Below are positions 60,000-64,000 of a stretch of DNA of 64,000 bases, piece by piece. The notes under the pieces were generated by a model. It worked only from the letters and a program-made list of their open reading frames with translations, had not been told where the DNA came from and ran no database searches. A program made the translations under genes and the position numbers. The stretch covers positions 124,001 to 188,000 of the forward strand of contig BQFW01000007.1 in assembly GCA_020891255.1 (NCBI GenBank), given 5' to 3'. The first letter of the stretch is position 1. The number at the start of each line of letters is the position of its first letter. Source of the DNA: Entomortierella parvispora E1425 (taxonomy: Eukaryota > Fungi > Mortierellomycota).

Positions 60000-62900
60000 T
60001 CATTCATCGCTTAGGATTTGTTGACGGAGCCAAGTTGTCTCCTCCACGATCCAGTCATTATTACTATGAGGTGCCTCCATAGTACTGATCTCCTGGAACC
60101 CTTGATTGATCCTTAGGCTGGCCATCGAGTTGAGGAACTGACCCGTCTGACCATGTTTCAGCCAAAACACATCCTTCCATTGTAAAAATGACGACCGCGA
60201 GGCCATCGACGACGACGCAGAGGAAGGTGGCCCCTGGGTGGGGTTTGGTGGTGCCATATCCGGCCGGGTCACGATCCAGTCATTGTCTTGGTTGTGATAC
60301 CGATAGCCCGAGACCTCATTGTGATCTTGGTGGTTAATGGACCTGTATGGATGCGAGTGCAGGTACAGCGTGGTTGATGGAGTGGTCTTGTAAATCATGG
60401 TGTGGTAACTGCATAGCGGCTTCAGATCCAGCAATGGTCCACGACGCGAGGAAGCAAACGCAGCGGACAAAAATGATGATGATGATGGTGATAAAGAGGG
60501 TGATGACAGGGGAGATGATAGCGACGCTATCAAATTGGGGTCCAGACCATCCACTATATCCTCTGTTGCCGCTATTGTCTCTGGTGATGGAGAGGAGGCA
60601 GTCCCATACCCTGTCTCCAATGGTTCTAGGATTCCAATCGTTTGGCTCTTTCCGCAGGAACAGGTGGAAACACGATCAACTGTTATCTTGATCCATGTAA
60701 TGTCGTGTTCCTGGTGATCAGATGCTTGCCGACAGCGCAAACACAAGTATGGCTCTTCTTTCTGGAGAGCGGTAGCCATGTCCTCTGGGAAACATGTTCT
60801 ATGGATTGAAATTGGACTTGAGTTAAAACAGCAAATCAAACAGGGCAGAGTGAAAACACGATGATCCGTTGCACAAGGTGGTTTACCTGCAATGAGCGAC
60901 CCATTCTCCTGCTTTGGCCCGATACCGGCACTCAAGAACAACGTTGGTCCCTCCTGAACGTTCATGTTGCTGGCAGTGAGTCGCAAACCGGAAGGCGCTG
61001 TTTTCGCCACATCCACACTGGAGCATGGGTGGTAGCTGATGTTGCGACTGTTGTTGCTGGCGGTCAAATCCGGATGCGAGCTCAGGGAATGCAAGAGTTA
61101 TCGAAGGAGCACAGAGGCGCTGGTAGAGGTGGTCCTCATGCGCTTCCTTAATGAAACAGGGCTCGCAAAAAACGCGATTTGGGTCTGTTTGACAAGACTT
61201 TTTGTTATTGCGTCCAGAGTGGACAGGAGGGTTAGAGGCATGCTCTATAAAAATCAACAAAAAGAAAGAGAATTTGGGGACGGCATACATGGCCATCAAA
61301 TTCGTGGTAGTTACCTGACACTTGTAATAATACATGCCCTCTTTAATCTCTCGAGAGCAAATAACCGTCTGTCGATTATGGTCATCCATGCACTCGCCGG
61401 TTGTCCGATCTTTCTTTGTGTTATTGTCCTCCCGCTCTTTGTTCTCACCAGGGATTTCGGACGTCGACTTTTCTCGCAATATTTTTTCCGTTGATGTGCT
61501 GGGTACAGCAAAAGCGGAAGTGGAAGCTGCACGGCGATCCGGAGAGCCACAATGACAGTATAATCCCTCGTTACGGATGTTTGTCGTCTTTTCGATCTGG
61601 TGATCCTTGTGCTTCTCCAGGTCAAAGCAATGCTCACATATCCACGCGGTTGAACAAGATGTTCCCGCCTCAGTACTGCCATAGCAGGTTCGGCACTGAT
61701 ACATGCTGTCGCCCCTGAGGAAGAGGTAATTGCACTGGACAAGATGGGGCATGGGTCGATATTCGTCTGGCAAGTGGTAGTTGCAATCAAACGCAGTCTT
61801 GAACAAACTTGGATCTCCGCAGTCGCAGGTCGCAACAGCTTCAACCCCTGATTCTTCGTCGTCTTCAGGGGCGCTCTCCTCTACATCCTCTTCTTGAATA
61901 GTTGATACGACAGGCTTCCCTTGGCTTGATTGCATATCGACAGGGTTGTTTCTCGAGGGTTCGGTCTGGATACTTAAGTTATCCACTAGGACAGATAGGA
62001 CCTCTGATTCCTCAGGCGCTCGTGCTCCTCTGCCAACTTGTGCTGAGTGAGCACCATGGCTACGGAGGCTGGAAGTGTTGGATGGTTGGGATGATGAAGA
62101 TGAGGACGATGACCTTGAATTTGATTTGGGGCTCGATCCAAGAAACTCCCCCATCCTCCATCTGTGATTCATACAGGCGGAACCGTGGAAGCATCGACTA
62201 CATATTACCACCCGATCATCCACGCTGCAGTCTTGACAGTGGTAAATGTCCTCGCCAGGCTTAAAGATATGTCGACAGCGATCGGGGCGGTCCTGTTGCC
62301 GGTCGCCTTGAACGGGGGTATCTAGTTTGGGAGTTGGAGGCTCAGATATCGAGCCGTCTCTATCTATTTGATCCGATCCTGGTATTGTGTTCAGTGCCGA
62401 GTGGCGTTTTATGGGTTTTTCCTTTGAGGGCGAAGGTCTCTGAGTTTTCGATGGTGATGACAGGGTGGATGACTTGTCTTTAAGGGCCGATGGTATCAGC
62501 GGTGATGATGGTTGACGAAGGTACTCTGGTCCAAGCTGGCCCACACTGTGATACGAGCATGGGATGTCTTTGCTCCAAGATTTACTGTCCTGGCAACTGC
62601 AAATTGTCCCATCATCAGCTATCTGAGCGGTTGTGCTGTGTCCGAAATGATTTTGCTGTTCAGAAAAAGAAAAAAAAAGCAGTTAACTTCCCTTCCTGGG
62701 GTTACCAAAGCACCAAGAGTTGGAACCTGTAACTTACTGAGCGAAAGCAGCGCGCACAAAGAACTGAGGTTTCAGATCCATTGACGGCGCAGGTCTAGTC
62801 GGATATATTTTGATAGGAAGTTCATTTTGATATTAGCGTCCAAATCAATATTTTGACGCGACAACAAAGAAGGCAAGCAATTATTGTTTTAAAAAGTACC

Positions 62901-64000
62901 TGACAACTGTACACCATCTCCCCTGGCTTAAATGTCATTGAGCATTGCTTGCCTTTGCCAAGTCTTGAGTACGTGCGGTGGCTCTCGGCGCAATGGATGG
63001 AGCAGTGCAAAGAGTGATGAGGCTTAAGCCTCGATCGGTCCTCACATACACAGATGGATGTGCCCCAAGAGCACTGTAGGTACATGGTATGGTCTGTATG
63101 GTCGGAGGCTGTCCAATGGAAAAAATAAAGCGGCTGGTGAGAAACAAAATCATCCAAGAGGTCCTGCGGATGAAAAGAATCTCTTGACGGAATCCTAGCC
63201 ACTTACCTCTGAAACATCGCATACAGAGAACATCCGCAGGGCAGGTTTTACAGATCACATATGTTTCGCCATACGGGATAACATGTCGACATGGGGCGCC
63301 TCGCGCCAGTGGCAAGTATTCAGGTAGCTCCATCTTTGCGTTCCTGGTTGAGAACCAGTAGGAGACCAACCAGACGCGGTCACCATATGATACTTTCCAG
63401 TCCTTCCGTGTCCTGATCAGATCCTTGGCTGGTAGAATAATCCACTTTGAAGCGGTGTACATTTTGCTATCACATGCAACTGTCGGGCATCATCAAAATC
63501 TCGGTTCAGTCTAAAACTCTCTGGTATCCAAGCCAATGAACAAGCGCGAGTAGAGGGCCAGTTCTTACCTGCATTCTGCCTAGAAGACCCTTCGTGGTTA
63601 TAAAGCCATGTCCAGATCCATGCGTATTGTTGAGTATTGGCATGCAATAGATGAAGGGTCCATCCGAACTGGACGACAACTCGACTTTCCGATTCTTTGG
63701 CAATGCTTTTGAATGCGGTTCCAGTTTTACTGCCTTTTGCTACTCCCGTCGCCTGTGCTGCTCCCGATGGTACTTCAGCTGTAGCCGTCTTATTCCTAAG
63801 GTCGTGCCATAGAGTATTTCTTGGATATTAGAAGACTGAACGTAATGATGATATTAACCTTGAGAGTATATGTACCTGGATGCGTTCAGACGAACTGTCG
63901 ACACTGCCTTTACTCCAGACACTGTGCTCTTTGTCTGCAAAATTTCTGCTATGCGCCTTTCCAGTGCTGTTGCAGGAGGCTGAGATATGGCTGGTCGCTG
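60000..64000 (-). CDS. Protein with six tandem UBR-box zinc fingers flanked by MIR motifs; 5' end beyond the window
   Basis: Six units of C...F..G..Y.C..C...C..CF...H..H...C.C...C..H across introns. MIR-like motifs LHLLHANTQQY..W, LYLHSH..EVSGY..NDWIV and FWLKHGQTGQFLNS..QEIS..NDWIVE. The frame remains open at the window edge. Confidence 0.78.

Overview
Intron-rich fungal genomic DNA; gene content and style suggest an early-diverging fungus such as Mortierellaceae (inference). Conserved host genes: TM9SF/EMP70 (5'-truncated), a Kel1/Tea1-like kelch coiled-coil protein, an ADCY10-like soluble adenylyl cyclase with a STAND NTPase, two tandem TlpA-like redoxins, ORC1, a TetX-like FAD monooxygenase, TOM40, and a 5'-truncated gene with six UBR boxes plus MIR motifs. 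Three mobile or mobile-derived units sit between them. (1) A 9.35-kb Mutator-like element (23450-32802; 83-bp TIRs, 9-bp TSD). Its transposase combines a GCM domain, a DDE core, a USP-like cysteine protease and a PARP-type zinc finger, and it carries a second Myb-like ORF. (2) The main candidate novel system: an 8-exon gene of about 1,766 aa (38015-43983) fusing a complete N-terminal FEN1/XPG-family 5' nuclease to a C-terminal Fanzor/TnpB RuvC-zinc finger with all three catalytic residues present. A long hairpin about 230 nt downstream is a candidate omegaRNA. (3) A 5.37-kb hAT element (50633-56005; 8-bp TSD) with very long (about 680 bp) TIRs and an extra BED-only ORF. All frame breaks I traced in these three units are single-base homopolymer indels, so they may be assembly errors. 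All assignments come from reading motifs by eye; no searches were run.
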